In this document: one piece after another, positions 20,433 to 30,597 of the stretch
Position numbering within the stretch: the stretch's first letter is position 1
How the letters are laid out: each line of letters opens with the position of its first letter
Origin: an uncultured Pelagibacteraceae bacterium
GTDB lineage: Bacteria > Pseudomonadota > Alphaproteobacteria > Pelagibacterales > Pelagibacteraceae
Reading direction: 5' to 3'
Assembly: GCA_902592985.1 (NCBI GenBank)
Contig: CACJGR010000002.1
Location: 65,800-129,799, forward strand
Length of the DNA stretch: 64,000 nt
Notes under the pieces: model-generated
The model's database searches: none
What the model was told of the DNA's origin: nothing
What the model saw: the letters and a program-made list of their open reading frames with translations, nothing else
Program-made: the position numbers and the translations under genes

Positions 20433-22653
20433 AAAAACTATTCAATATTTCTTATATTTTTTAATTTTACTAACTATAGGAGTTCTTTATTTAAGTTACT
20501 TTGGCCTTGAGACAAAAAGATTTAATCAAGTAATCAAAGATAAGATTTCAGAAACTAATAGTAAAATTGATATTGAGTTAAACAAAGTTAAAATTATTTT
20601 AAATTTGAGCAATTTTACCGTTGGTATTAAAACTAAAAATCCAAATATAATTTTTGAAAACAAAAAAATTAGACTAGAAAAAATTCGATCAGATTTTTCA
20701 ATTGGCTCCATCTTTAAAAAAGAATTTGCACTTAAGAATGCAAAAATAACTACTAAAGAAAATAGTTTGAAAGATATTATAAAAATTGGAAGAATTTATA
20801 AAAATACACCACAATTATCTATTTTTAATAAGATGGTAAAACAAGGTTTAATAATTGCAGATATTGATCTAAGCTTTGATGATAAAGGAAAATTAACTAA
20901 CAACTTCAAGGTTAATGGATCAATTAGAGATGCAAAGATAAGATTACTAAATGAAAAAAGTATTAATAACATTAGTTTCAATTTTAATATTATAGACAAG
21001 CAATATTTATTAGAAAAAGGAAAAATTGAATATGAAAAACTAAACCTGCATTCAAAAAAAATAAAAGTTAACAATAAAGAACAATATTTTTTGTTTGAAG
21101 GAGATATATCAAGCACCAAAAGTTTAGTTGATTTAAATTTACTAACAGCAATTTTTAAAAATAATTTAGAAAACATAGGCATAAATAATTTAGAAAACAT
21201 AGGAATAAATAATGTTAATTTTGGTTCTGAAAATAACTTTTCTTTTAGACTAGAAAAAAAATTCAAAATTTCAAATTTTAAAAATAATTCTAAGATTGAT
21301 TTACAAAAACTAACTTATAAAAAAAGGTCTAATACTTTAAAAAAATATATCCCAAACTACAATGACTCGGTCGAACTAATTGATCATAAAGTTGAATTAT
21401 TTATAAGCAAAAATGAGTTATTAATTAAAGGTAATGGAAATTTTTCCATTGATGAAAAAATTGACAAAATAAATTATGAAGTTAAATCTAATGATAATAA
21501 ATATAATTTTAAATCTCAAATTGAAGTAAATAATATTCCATTACAAATTAAACTTTTAAACTACACTAAAAAAGAAAGTAAAAATGCTTTAATAAATATT
21601 GAAGGATCATATAAAAAAAATCAAGACATTTATTTTAAAAATATTTTATTAAAAGAATTTAAAAATATTTTTAAAATAGACGGACTAAGTTTAAGTCAAA
21701 ATTATAAAATAAATTCAATAGAAGAAATTTATCTTGATTTTTTAAATGACAATGAAAAAAAAAACAAAGTTTCATTTAAAAGAAATAAAAAAAATTATGA
21801 ATTATCTGGAAAAATTTTTGATGGAACAAATCTTGTAAATCAAATTTTAGAATCTGATAGTGAAGAAAATGTTTTTTACCGCTTAAATGATTTTAATTCG
21901 GTTGTTAAGATTACCTTAAATAAAGTTTTTATTGATGATTCTAATTATTTAAATAATTTTAATGGAAGTTTAAAATTTAATAAAAGTAATTTGAAGAACT
22001 TAAATTTAAGTGCTAGTTTTTCTGATAACAAAAAACTGACCTTTACTATTAAAACTGATCAAAATAATCAAAAAATTACCACTTTATTTTCAGAACATGC
22101 AAAACCGTTAGTTAAAAAATATAAATTTATAAAAGGATTTGAAGAAGGATATTTAGATTTTTATTCTATTAAAAAAAAAAATATATCAAGATCTAATCTA
22201 AAAATTAATGATTTTAAATTAAAAGAATTGCCAGCACTTACTAAAATTCTTACTCTGGCTTCTCTTCAAGGTATTGCTGATTTACTTACTGGAGAAGGGA
22301 TTAGATTTAATAAATTTGAAATGAAATTTAGAAATGAAAAGAAAATTATGACAATTGATGAAATTTATGCGATTGGTCCTGCTATCTCAATTATGATGGA
22401 TGGTTATGTTCAAAATGATGAATTAATTAGTTTAAGAGGAACTTTGGTACCTGCAACAACTTTAAATAAAGTTATAGGTTCAATACCATTCTTGGGAGAT
22501 ATTTTAGTTGGAAAAAAAACTGGAGAAGGAGTGTTTGGAGTTAGTTTTAAAATTAAAGGACCTCCAAAAAAATTAAAAACTACTGTTAACCCTATAAAAA
22601 CTTTAACTCCAAGATTTATTACTCGAACACTAGAAAAAATTAAAAAGAACTAA
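20425..22653 (+). CDS. AsmA-like / YhdP-type (DUF3971-like) intermembrane bridge protein
   Basis: N-terminal TM anchor, beta-rich body, C-terminal LASLQG...GEGI.F...G.LVPA..LN......P..G..L.G...EG.FGV...I.G....P...VNP...LTP signature. Confidence 0.8.
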   Translation: MIKKTIQYFLYFLILLTIGVLYLSYFGLETKRFNQVIKDKISETNSKIDIELNKVKIILNLSNFTVGIKTKNPNIIFENKKIRLEKIRSDFSIGSIFKKEFALKNAKITTKENSLKDIIKIGRIYKNTPQLSIFNKMVKQGLIIADIDLSFDDKGKLTNNFKVNGSIRDAKIRLLNEKSINNISFNFNIIDKQYLLEKGKIEYEKLNLHSKKIKVNNKEQYFLFEGDISSTKSLVDLNLLTAIFKNNLENIGINNLENIGINNVNFGSENNFSFRLEKKFKISNFKNNSKIDLQKLTYKKRSNTLKKYIPNYNDSVELIDHKVELFISKNELLIKGNGNFSIDEKIDKINYEVKSNDNKYNFKSQIEVNNIPLQIKLLNYTKKESKNALINIEGSYKKNQDIYFKNILLKEFKNIFKIDGLSLSQNYKINSIEEIYLDFLNDNEKKNKVSFKRNKKNYELSGKIFDGTNLVNQILESDSEENVFYRLNDFNSVVKITLNKVFIDDSNYLNNFNGSLKFNKSNLKNLNLSASFSDNKKLTFTIKTDQNNQKITTLFSEHAKPLVKKYKFIKGFEEGYLDFYSIKKKNISRSNLKINDFKLKELPALTKILTLASLQGIADLLTGEGIRFNKFEMKFRNEKKIMTIDEIYAIGPAISIMMDGYVQNDELISLRGTLVPATTLNKVIGSIPFLGDILVGKKTGEGVFGVSFKIKGPPKKLKTTVNPIKTLTPRFITRTLEKIKKN
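21160..21213 (+). repeat. In-frame 24-bp tandem duplication (NNLENIGI x2 + NN)
   Basis: aataatttagaaaacataggcata / aataatttagaaaacataggaata / aataat; one mismatch between units. Confidence 0.9.
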
Positions 22654-22700
22654 TTTAGATAATTATAATTAAAAGTTATCTTTGTTTGTTTAAAATTTTT

Positions 22701-22761
22701 GGCTGAAATTTTCTTTAAAATTAGAAGAAAAAAATTTTCTAATTTGATAAAAATTTCAGCC
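22701..22761. terminator. Long imperfect inverted repeat between convergent asmA-like and csp genes (likely bidirectional terminator / 3' stabiliser)
   Basis: ggctgaaatttt pairs with aaaatttcagcc (12 bp); inner aaattagaa pairs with ttctaattt (9 bp). Confidence 0.7.
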
Positions 22762-22777
22762 TATATTTAATGAAAAT

Positions 22778-22984
22778 TTATTCAGATTTTAAATTTGTTG
22801 CATTTGGGCCCTTAGGTCCATCTTCAACTTCAAATGTTAGTGCCTGACCTTCGTCAAGACCATTCATGCCAGCATCTCGTACTGCAGACATATGAACAAA
22901 TATATCTTTTTCTTTATCTTCTCTTTCAATAAACCCAAATCCTTTGGTAGGGTTAAACCATTTTACTTTTCCTTTTATACTCAT
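22778..22984 (-). CDS. Cold-shock domain protein
   Basis: GKVKWFN..KGFGFI (RNP1), DIFVH.SA (RNP2), GPKGP.A.NL. Confidence 0.96.
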   Translation of the reverse strand: MSIKGKVKWFNPTKGFGFIEREDKEKDIFVHMSAVRDAGMNGLDEGQALTFEVEDGPKGPNATNLKSE

Positions 22985-23102
22985 ATTTTCTTCTTACTTT
23001 TTTGTTTACTTTTATTACTTATAATTAAGTAACTTGAACCTTTTTTAGACTTATTTAGGTTTTGTCAACTAAATTAAATAAAATAATTTAAAAAAAATTA
23101 AA

Positions 23103-23564
23103 CTAGTTGCTTATTAGTAAGCTCATATAGCAAGCATCGTTATCTTTTTTATAGTGAGCAAAAGGTTCACAGGACTTAAACCCACATTTATAAAAGAGTT
23201 TTCTAGCAGGTTCAAAAAAATCCCCACTACCCGTTTCTAGACTTATTTTTTTAATATTTAACTTTTTAGCTTCGTCAATAAGATGATTAATTACCTTGAT
23301 GCCATTTCCTTTTTTTCTGTATTTATCTGCTACTCTGATAGATTTGAGTTCGCCATGTTCTTTATCTAAAAATTTTAATGCTCCACAACCTATTAGTTCA
23401 TCATTTTCCCACAAGCTCCAAAATTTAATGCTTGGGTTTCTAAGACCTGGAATATCTAAAACATGACCTCTGTCAACAGGCGAGACTGAGCTAAGCTCAG
23501 CAAAGTGCTTAATTAATAATTCATTAACTTTTCGATTTTCAAAATTACCTTCTATGGATTTCAT
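23103..23564 (-). CDS. GNAT N-acetyltransferase (YsnE/IAA-acetyltransferase-like)
   Basis: GCGALK, GELKS.R, R.KG.G, SLETGS, A..LFY.CGF..C.PF..Y motifs. Confidence 0.85.
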   Translation of the reverse strand: MKSIEGNFENRKVNELLIKHFAELSSVSPVDRGHVLDIPGLRNPSIKFWSLWENDELIGCGALKFLDKEHGELKSIRVADKYRKKGNGIKVINHLIDEAKKLNIKKISLETGSGDFFEPARKLFYKCGFKSCEPFAHYKKDNDACYMSLLISN

Positions 23565-23571
23565 AAAAGAA

Positions 23572-24804
23572 CTAACTTAGTTTTACCTTAATATGTCTTT
23601 TTTTACCAAGCGAGAGTTTAATAGAATTTTCACTAAATAATTCTTTAGTAATAGAAAATTTTTCATCGTTAACTACTTGATTATTTATTTTGATTCCATT
23701 TCCTTTTATCAATCTTCTAATTTCACTTTTAGAATTTTCTAGCTTAGATAAAAATACTAAATCAATAATATTAATTTCTTCACTTAATTTTTTTTGATTA
23801 ATTGATATTGTTGGAAGACTTGAGCCAGTTGAATTTTCTTCAAAAGTTTTTTTTGCAGTTTCTTCGGCTAATTTCGATTCATTATTGCCGTGAAGCATTT
23901 TTGTGCATTCGTTAGCTAATATAATTTTTAATTGATTAATATTTTTATTTTTTATTTCTTCAATTTTTTTTAACGTTAGATCTGTAAACATTTTAATAAA
24001 CCTTAATACATCACTGTCATCCGTATTTCTCCAAAATTGCCAATAGTCATAGGGAGATAAAAGTTTTTTATCAAGCCATACAGCTCCTTTTTCTGTTTTA
24101 CCCATTTTAGATCCAGATGCCAAAGTAATGAGAGGCGTTGTTAATCCAAAAACTTGTTTGCTAGAATGTCTTTTTATTAGTTCTACTCCGTTAACGATAT
24201 TACCCCACTGATCAGATCCTCCAATTTGCATTAAACAGTTTTTTTTTTTATTAAGTTCCAGAAAATCATAAGCTTGCAGAATCATATAATTAAATTCCAT
24301 GTAGCTTAAAGATTGTTCTCTATCTAACCGTAATTTAACACTATCAAAGCTAAGCATTTTATTTATGGTAAAATGTTTTCCGATTTCTCTTAAAAATTTT
24401 ATGTAATTTAATTTGCCAAGCCATTTATAATTATTTACAAATATTGGTTTAATTTTTGGATTATTGGTTTTTAAATAAATTTTGAAAATTTTTTCAATAT
24501 TTTTTATATTTTTTTCAATTTCTTTTTCAGACAAAATTTTTCTTGTTTCTTCTTTTCCAGAAGGATCTCCAATCCGCGTTGTACCCCCTCCAAGCAAAAC
24601 TATTGGTTGATGACCATGTTTTTGTAATAATCTTAAACACATTATCTGCAATAAACTTCCAACATGTAAACTTGAAGCAGTACAATCAAATCCAATATAG
24701 GCTTTGATTTTTTTTTTATTCATTAACAGTCCTAATTCATCAGAATTAGTACATTGATTATAATAATCTCTTTCCTTAAATTCAGATAAAAATGAATTTT
24801 CCAT
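23572..24804 (-). CDS. tyrS: Tyrosine-tRNA ligase
   Basis: YIGFDCTA.SLHVGS, IGDPSG, GGSDQWGNI, KMGKT motifs; C-terminal S4 domain. Confidence 0.97.
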   Translation of the reverse strand: MENSFLSEFKERDYYNQCTNSDELGLLMNKKKIKAYIGFDCTASSLHVGSLLQIMCLRLLQKHGHQPIVLLGGGTTRIGDPSGKEETRKILSEKEIEKNIKNIEKIFKIYLKTNNPKIKPIFVNNYKWLGKLNYIKFLREIGKHFTINKMLSFDSVKLRLDREQSLSYMEFNYMILQAYDFLELNKKKNCLMQIGGSDQWGNIVNGVELIKRHSSKQVFGLTTPLITLASGSKMGKTEKGAVWLDKKLLSPYDYWQFWRNTDDSDVLRFIKMFTDLTLKKIEEIKNKNINQLKIILANECTKMLHGNNESKLAEETAKKTFEENSTGSSLPTISINQKKLSEEINIIDLVFLSKLENSKSEIRRLIKGNGIKINNQVVNDEKFSITKELFSENSIKLSLGKKRHIKVKLS

Positions 24805-24863
24805 ATTTTTTTAAAAACAGTGTAGAATCAATATACTAGATTTAAATTATTTAAAAAATACAT

Positions 24864-25964
24864 ATGAGCAAAAGCTATTACAGTCTAGGGTTGATGAGTG
24901 GCACATCGATGGATGGAGTAGATGCATCAATTATTCGGAGTGATGGGGAGTCAAAATACAAAGTAATTTCGAATAAATATTTTCAATATAGTGAAAGTCT
25001 TTATGGTAAATTAACAAGATTGAGGGATAAAATTAACTATTCTAAAGACCTAAAAATACTGTCAAATAATCTAAAATCTGTTGAAAAAAATATAACAATT
25101 TTTCATGCTAAAATCGTAAACGAAATAATCAAAGAATCTAGTGTTAAGATTGATTTTATAGGTTTTCATGGTCAAACTATTTTTCATAGTCCAAATGAGA
25201 AAATTTCAAAACAATTAGGTGACGGAAAATTACTATCTAAATTAACAAAAAAAACTGTAGTTTATGATTTTAGACAAAATGATTTAAATAACGGTGGACA
25301 GGGAGCTCCCTTATCACCAATTTTTCATATGATGCTAAAAAATAAATACAAATTAAAATTACCATTAGTTATTTTAAATATAGGCGGAATAGCTAATGTC
25401 ACTGGCATAGATTTAGAAGGTCATATGTATAGTCGAGATATTGGTCCAGGCAATTGTTTAATTGACCAATGGATAAGACAAAATTCAAAAAAAAAATATG
25501 ATGACAAAGGGGAAGTGGCGAAAACTGGAAAAGTAAATAAAATAATTTTAAATCAAGCTTTAGAAAATTTTAGTTACAACAATGGTCTTAAATCTTATGA
25601 TATAAAGGATTTTGATATATCTTTTGTTGGAGGTTTATCATTAGAAGATGGAGCTGCAACTTTAACCAAATACACATCAGCAATTTTACAAGATCATCTT
25701 AAAATGTCGTTTGATTATCCAAACAAAAATATATTAATAGCTGGAGGAGGAAGAAAAAATAAATTTTTATTAAAAAGCATTGAAGAAAAAATTAATATTT
25801 CAATGCAGCCAATAGATGATTTTGGAATTGATGGAGATTTTGTTGAATCCCAAGCTTTTGCCTATATTGCTATTAGATCCTATCTAAAATTACCTATTTC
25901 ATTTCCAGAAACAACAGGTTGTTCCGAACCGTGCACTGGAGGAGTAATAATAAAAAATTTTTAA
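24864..25964 (+). CDS. anmK: Anhydro-N-acetylmuramic acid kinase
   Basis: GLMSGTSMDGVD, GFHGQT, GGQGAPL, LNIGGIAN, D.GPGN.LID, P.TTG motifs. Confidence 0.95.
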   Translation: MSKSYYSLGLMSGTSMDGVDASIIRSDGESKYKVISNKYFQYSESLYGKLTRLRDKINYSKDLKILSNNLKSVEKNITIFHAKIVNEIIKESSVKIDFIGFHGQTIFHSPNEKISKQLGDGKLLSKLTKKTVVYDFRQNDLNNGGQGAPLSPIFHMMLKNKYKLKLPLVILNIGGIANVTGIDLEGHMYSRDIGPGNCLIDQWIRQNSKKKYDDKGEVAKTGKVNKIILNQALENFSYNNGLKSYDIKDFDISFVGGLSLEDGAATLTKYTSAILQDHLKMSFDYPNKNILIAGGGRKNKFLLKSIEEKINISMQPIDDFGIDGDFVESQAFAYIAIRSYLKLPISFPETTGCSEPCTGGVIIKNF

Positions 25965-26617
25965 AATAGAGTTGTTTCTTTTTTAATATATTTGTCTAGA
26001 GATTTGATCAAAGCGGTACTAGATTTTGTAAAAAAATGATTTGCTTCTGGTACAATTTGAAATTCTACTTTAATTCCTTTTTGTGCACTTAATCTTTTAT
26101 TTAACTCTTTTATATGTTCCTCTGGAACTAGTTCGTCTTTTTTCCCACAAATTACTAAACCTGAGGTGGGACATGGTGATAAAAAAGAAAAATCATAGAC
26201 ATTAGGTTGAGGCGAAATTGATATAAATCTATTTATTTCAGGTCTTCTCATTAGCAACTGCATAGCAATTAATGAACCAAAAGAAAATCCAGACACCCAG
26301 CATTGAGAATTTTCAAAATTTTCTTTTTCCAACCAATCCAATGTAGCAGCAGCATCAGCTAATTCACCTTGTCCATTATCAAACTCTCCATCACTTTTTC
26401 CTACACCTCTAAAATTTACTCTGCAGACAGAAAATTCATTATCCATAAATGTGTGAAAAGTATCTACGACAACTTTATTATTCATTGTTCCACCGTACTG
26501 AGGATGAGGTTGTAAAATTAATGCAATTGGAGATGTGTTTTTTTTACTTTTATAGTATTTAGCTTCAAGTCTTCCAGCTGGACCGGGTATAAAAATTTCA
26601 ATTATTTTGTTATCCAT
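25961..26617 (-). CDS. Alpha/beta hydrolase (conserved next to isc/suf loci)
   Basis: GPAGRLE, PHP.YGG.MNNKVV, NFRGVG.S.G, GFSFG nucleophile elbow, ANHFF. Confidence 0.9.
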   Translation of the reverse strand: MDNKIIEIFIPGPAGRLEAKYYKSKKNTSPIALILQPHPQYGGTMNNKVVVDTFHTFMDNEFSVCRVNFRGVGKSDGEFDNGQGELADAAATLDWLEKENFENSQCWVSGFSFGSLIAMQLLMRRPEINRFISISPQPNVYDFSFLSPCPTSGLVICGKKDELVPEEHIKELNKRLSAQKGIKVEFQIVPEANHFFTKSSTALIKSLDKYIKKETTLF

Positions 26618-26699
26618 ATATGCAATTGATAATTGTTCTCAAAAAAAAAATATATTTATCACATGTAGGTGACAAAGTGCTAATTTTTTTACTTCATCT

Positions 26700-26724
26700 A
26701 AACTTGACTATTTTAGTCAGGTAT
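26700..26724 (+). promoter_or_regulatory. IscR type-1 operator overlapping a putative -35 (TTGACT) of the iscR-suf operon
   Basis: AAACTTGACTATTTTAGTCAGGTAT, a dyad (TGACTA-N3-TAGTCA) fitting the IscR type-1 consensus ATASYYGACTRwwwYAGTCRRSTAT, ~30 bp upstream of the Rrf2 gene. Confidence 0.85.
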
Positions 26725-26755
26725 ATATATAAAACCCTATTATTAAAGGAAATAT

Positions 26756-27187
26756 ATGAAATTAAACTCTAAAAGCAGATATGCTGTAATGGCTTTAGCC
26801 GATATAGCAAATTTTAGTGGAAAAAATCCGGTACCGCTACGTGATATTTCTTTAAGACAAAATATTTCTTTAGTTTATTTAGAACAAATTTTTTCAAAGT
26901 TAAAAAAAAATAATATTGTTAAAAGTGTAAGAGGCACTAATGGCGGATATATATTATCCAACAATCCTGGTCAGATTAAATTATCAAGTATTTTTTCAGC
27001 AGTAGATGAAAAAGTAAAACAAGTTCAATGTAAAAAAGAATCTAAAAAAGGATGTAATGGAAAATCAACAAAATGTATTACTCACTATCTTTGGGATGAA
27101 CTTGAATTATATATTAATGATTTTTTTAATAAAAAAAATCTTGGAGATCTTTTAAAAAAAAAACTAGAAACAAGAATTGAAAGATGA
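26756..27187 (+). CDS. iscR: Rrf2-family Fe-S cluster regulator IscR
   Basis: RQ.IS..YLEQIF.KL, SVRG..GGY; C-x7-C-x6-C-x2-H cluster ligands. Confidence 0.9.
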   Translation: MKLNSKSRYAVMALADIANFSGKNPVPLRDISLRQNISLVYLEQIFSKLKKNNIVKSVRGTNGGYILSNNPGQIKLSSIFSAVDEKVKQVQCKKESKKGCNGKSTKCITHYLWDELELYINDFFNKKNLGDLLKKKLETRIER

Positions 27188-28620
27188 GAAAAAAAGAATT
27201 AGAAAAAATAAAAAAATATAAATACGGATTTTCAACAGATATTGAAAATATCAGAGCACCAAAGGGACTAAATAAAGAAGTAATTAAATTTATTTCAAAC
27301 ATTAAAAAGGAACCTCAATGGATGTTAGATTGGAGACTAAAAGCATATGAAAGACTTCAGCAATTAAAAGAGCCAGACTGGCAAAAACCAAAATTTCCTA
27401 AAATTAATTACCAAGACTTATATTATTATTCTGCTCCAAAAAGTGTAAAAGATAAACCAAAAAGTCTTGATGATTTAGATCCTAAGCTATTGGAAACTTA
27501 CAATAAACTTGGAATTGCGTTAGTTGAACAAAAAAGATTAAATAATATTGCTGTTGATGCAGTTTTTGACTCTGTATCGGTAGCAACGACTTTTAAAGAT
27601 AAATTGACAGAACAAGGTATTATTTTTTGTTCTATTTCAGAAGCTATTCAAAAACATCCTGAACTTGTAAAAAAATATTTAGGCTCTGTGATTCCATTGA
27701 CTGATCATTATTTTGCAACATTGAACTCTGCTGTTTTTACAGATGGTTCATTTGTTTATATACCAAAGGGTATTAGATGCCCAATGGAGCTATCAACTTA
27801 CTTTAGAATTAATGCTTCTGAAACAGGACAATTTGAAAGAACACTAATCATTGCTGATAAAGGTAGTTATGTAAGTTACTTGGAGGGTTGTACGGCGCCA
27901 ATGAGAGATGAAAACCAATTACATGCTGCAAATGTTGAACTAATTGCTTTAGATGATGCAGAAATAAAATATTCTACGGTACAAAATTGGTATCCAGGAG
28001 ACAAAGATGGAAAAGGCGGTATTTATAATTTTGTTACTAAAAGAGGATTGTGCAAAGGAAAAAATTCAAAAATATCATGGACACAAGTTGAAACAGGTTC
28101 AGCAATTACTTGGAAGTATCCAAGTTGCATTTTAAAGGGAGACAATTCAGTCGGAGAGTTTTATTCAATTGCAATTACAAATAATTATCAAAAAGCTGAT
28201 ACGGGAACGAAGATGATCCATCTTGGGAAAAATACAAAGAGTAAAATTATTTCCAAAGGAATTTCAGCTGGTTTTGCAGATAACACTTATAGAGGCTTAG
28301 TAGATATTTCATCAAAAGCTGACAGTTCAACAAATTTTACCCAATGTGATTCTTTATTAATGGGTAATAAATGTGGAGCTCATACAGTTCCTTATATTAA
28401 AAATAAAAATTCTAGTTCAAATGTTGCACATGAAGCAACCACTTCCAAGATTAGTGATGAACAACTTTATTATTGTAGTCAAAGAGGTTTAAATCAAGAA
28501 GAAGCTGTAGGTTTAATAGTAAATGGCTTTTGTAAACAGGTTTTACAACAATTACCAATGGAATTTGCTGTTGAAGCACAAAAACTGGTTGGAATTAGCT
28601 TAGAAGGAAGCGTTGGTTAA
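27184..28620 (+). CDS. sufB: Fe-S assembly scaffold SufB
   Basis: [43 protein letters not shown] motifs. Confidence 0.97.
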   Translation: MRKKELEKIKKYKYGFSTDIENIRAPKGLNKEVIKFISNIKKEPQWMLDWRLKAYERLQQLKEPDWQKPKFPKINYQDLYYYSAPKSVKDKPKSLDDLDPKLLETYNKLGIALVEQKRLNNIAVDAVFDSVSVATTFKDKLTEQGIIFCSISEAIQKHPELVKKYLGSVIPLTDHYFATLNSAVFTDGSFVYIPKGIRCPMELSTYFRINASETGQFERTLIIADKGSYVSYLEGCTAPMRDENQLHAANVELIALDDAEIKYSTVQNWYPGDKDGKGGIYNFVTKRGLCKGKNSKISWTQVETGSAITWKYPSCILKGDNSVGEFYSIAITNNYQKADTGTKMIHLGKNTKSKIISKGISAGFADNTYRGLVDISSKADSSTNFTQCDSLLMGNKCGAHTVPYIKNKNSSSNVAHEATTSKISDEQLYYCSQRGLNQEEAVGLIVNGFCKQVLQQLPMEFAVEAQKLVGISLEGSVG

Positions 28621-29355
28621 ATGCTAAAAATTAAAGATCTTAAAGCAAAAATTGATAAAAAAGAAATTTTAACTGGTCTTAACCTTGAAATTAAACCTGG
28701 AGAGGTGCATGCATTAATGGGTCCTAATGGATCAGGAAAAAGTACATTATCAAATGTACTATCTGGAAAAAAAGGCTATGAGATAAGTGGAAATGTAATT
28801 TTTGAAAACAAAAATTTATTAGATCTAGCAATAGAGGAAAGAGCACATAAAGGAATATTTTTAGCCTTCCAATATCCATTAGAAATTCCAGGAGTAAATA
28901 CGAATATTTTTCTAAAGACTACTTTAAATGCAATTAAAAAATCTAGAGGTGAAAAAGAGTTAGATGCAATTGAATTTTTAAAAATAGTTAAGGAAAAGGC
29001 ATTAGAATTAAAGTTTGATGAAAAAATTTTAAGCAGACAATTAAATGTTGGTTTTTCTGGTGGAGAAAAAAAAAAAAATGAAATTCTTCAAATGTCAGTA
29101 TTAAATCCAAAATTATCAATTTTAGACGAAACAGATTCAGGCCTTGATATAGATGCTCTTAAAATAGTTTCAAAAGGAGTAAATGCATTAAGAAATAAAA
29201 AAAATTCTTTTTTAATCATAACTCATTATCAAAGATTGCTAAATTATATCAAACCGGATTTTGTTCATGTTTTAATTAATGGAAAAATAGTTAAATCTGG
29301 AAGATCAGAATTAGCAATAGAATTAGAGAAGAAAGGATATGAAAGTTTTAATTAA
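28621..29355 (+). CDS. sufC: Fe-S assembly ATPase SufC
   Basis: [41 protein letters not shown] motifs. Confidence 0.97.
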   Translation: MLKIKDLKAKIDKKEILTGLNLEIKPGEVHALMGPNGSGKSTLSNVLSGKKGYEISGNVIFENKNLLDLAIEERAHKGIFLAFQYPLEIPGVNTNIFLKTTLNAIKKSRGEKELDAIEFLKIVKEKALELKFDEKILSRQLNVGFSGGEKKKNEILQMSVLNPKLSILDETDSGLDIDALKIVSKGVNALRNKKNSFLIITHYQRLLNYIKPDFVHVLINGKIVKSGRSELAIELEKKGYESFN

Positions 29356-30597
29356 ATGGAAGAACAATTAAAAATAGATTTTGATAAAGTTATTCAAAAC
29401 CTAAAATCCTCAAAAAAAGATATTGAAGTAAGACAAAAAAATCTTAATGAGTTTATTAAAAATGGTTTTCCTAATAAACGAACAGAAGATTGGAAATTTT
29501 CAGATTTTAATCAAATAATTACATCTAATATAAAAGGATTAAAATTTTTTAATAATGAAACAAAACCAGGTGAATTTGATCAATCAATTTTTGTAAATAA
29601 TTTTACTCATAATAAAATTATTTTTGTTAATGGATTAATTTCTATGCTTGATTTTAATTGTGAAGAAAAAAATAAAATTGAAGTAATTGATACTCATGAA
29701 ACTGAAGATTTAAATTCAAAAAATCCTCTAATTTTTTTAAATAATGCTCTTAAATTTAATTATATTAAATTAACGATTAAAGAAAATTATTCATTAAACA
29801 AGCCATTAATTATTTATAATATTACAAATAATAAGCTTAACTCAAACACAATAAGTCAAAGAATTGATTTTATTTTAAAAAAAAATAGTAGTTTAAAACT
29901 TATTAACTTATTTGATGATAATTCAAATAATAATTTTTATAATATTAATTATCAATTTAAAATTGGAAAAGATGCAATTCTTAAAAATTATAAAATTGAT
30001 AGTCAGTTAAACTCCAATATTAAATATTTTTTTAATAACATTGACTTAGAACATAATAGCCTTGCTGAGACATTTATTTTTTCAACTGGATCTAAATTTA
30101 TTAAAAACGAAATAAATTGTAATTTAAACGATCAGTATAGTTCTGCATTTATAAATGGAATTATAAATTTAAAAAATGATCAACATCACGAAATAAAAAC
30201 TAACATAAACCACTTAGCTAAAAATACTAAAAGCTATCAATTAGTTAAAAGTGTTTTAAATAATAATTCTAAAGGTGTTTATCAGGGAAAAATATTTGTT
30301 AATTCAAAAGCACAAAAAACTGATGGATACCAACTAAGTAAAGCTCTTTTATTAGATGAAAATACAGAATTTGATGCAAAACCGGAATTAGAGATTTATG
30401 CTGATGATGTTAAGTGCTCTCATGGTTCAACATCCGGAAATTTAGATGAAGATGTATTATTTTATGCGATGTCAAGAGGTTTAAATTATCAACAATCAAA
30501 AAAACTTTTAATTAACGGTTTTTTATTAGATGTAGTTGAAAAAATTACTGATCTAGAAATCAAAGATTTAATAAAAAATATAATGGAGAATAGCTAA
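29356..30597 (+). CDS. sufD: Fe-S assembly protein SufD
   Basis: EDWKF, AQKTDGYQ, KPELEIYADDVKCSHG motifs. Confidence 0.95.
   Translation: MEEQLKIDFDKVIQNLKSSKKDIEVRQKNLNEFIKNGFPNKRTEDWKFSDFNQIITSNIKGLKFFNNETKPGEFDQSIFVNNFTHNKIIFVNGLISMLDFNCEEKNKIEVIDTHETEDLNSKNPLIFLNNALKFNYIKLTIKENYSLNKPLIIYNITNNKLNSNTISQRIDFILKKNSSLKLINLFDDNSNNNFYNINYQFKIGKDAILKNYKIDSQLNSNIKYFFNNIDLEHNSLAETFIFSTGSKFIKNEINCNLNDQYSSAFINGIINLKNDQHHEIKTNINHLAKNTKSYQLVKSVLNNNSKGVYQGKIFVNSKAQKTDGYQLSKALLLDENTEFDAKPELEIYADDVKCSHGSTSGNLDEDVLFYAMSRGLNYQQSKKLLINGFLLDVVEKITDLEIKDLIKNIMENS

Noticed and set aside
26641-26650. Homopolymer A/T runs as phase-variation tracts (also 8456-8468, 59140-59149)
   Set aside because: Such runs are frequent in this AT-rich, Lys-rich genome, and none disrupts a reading frame.
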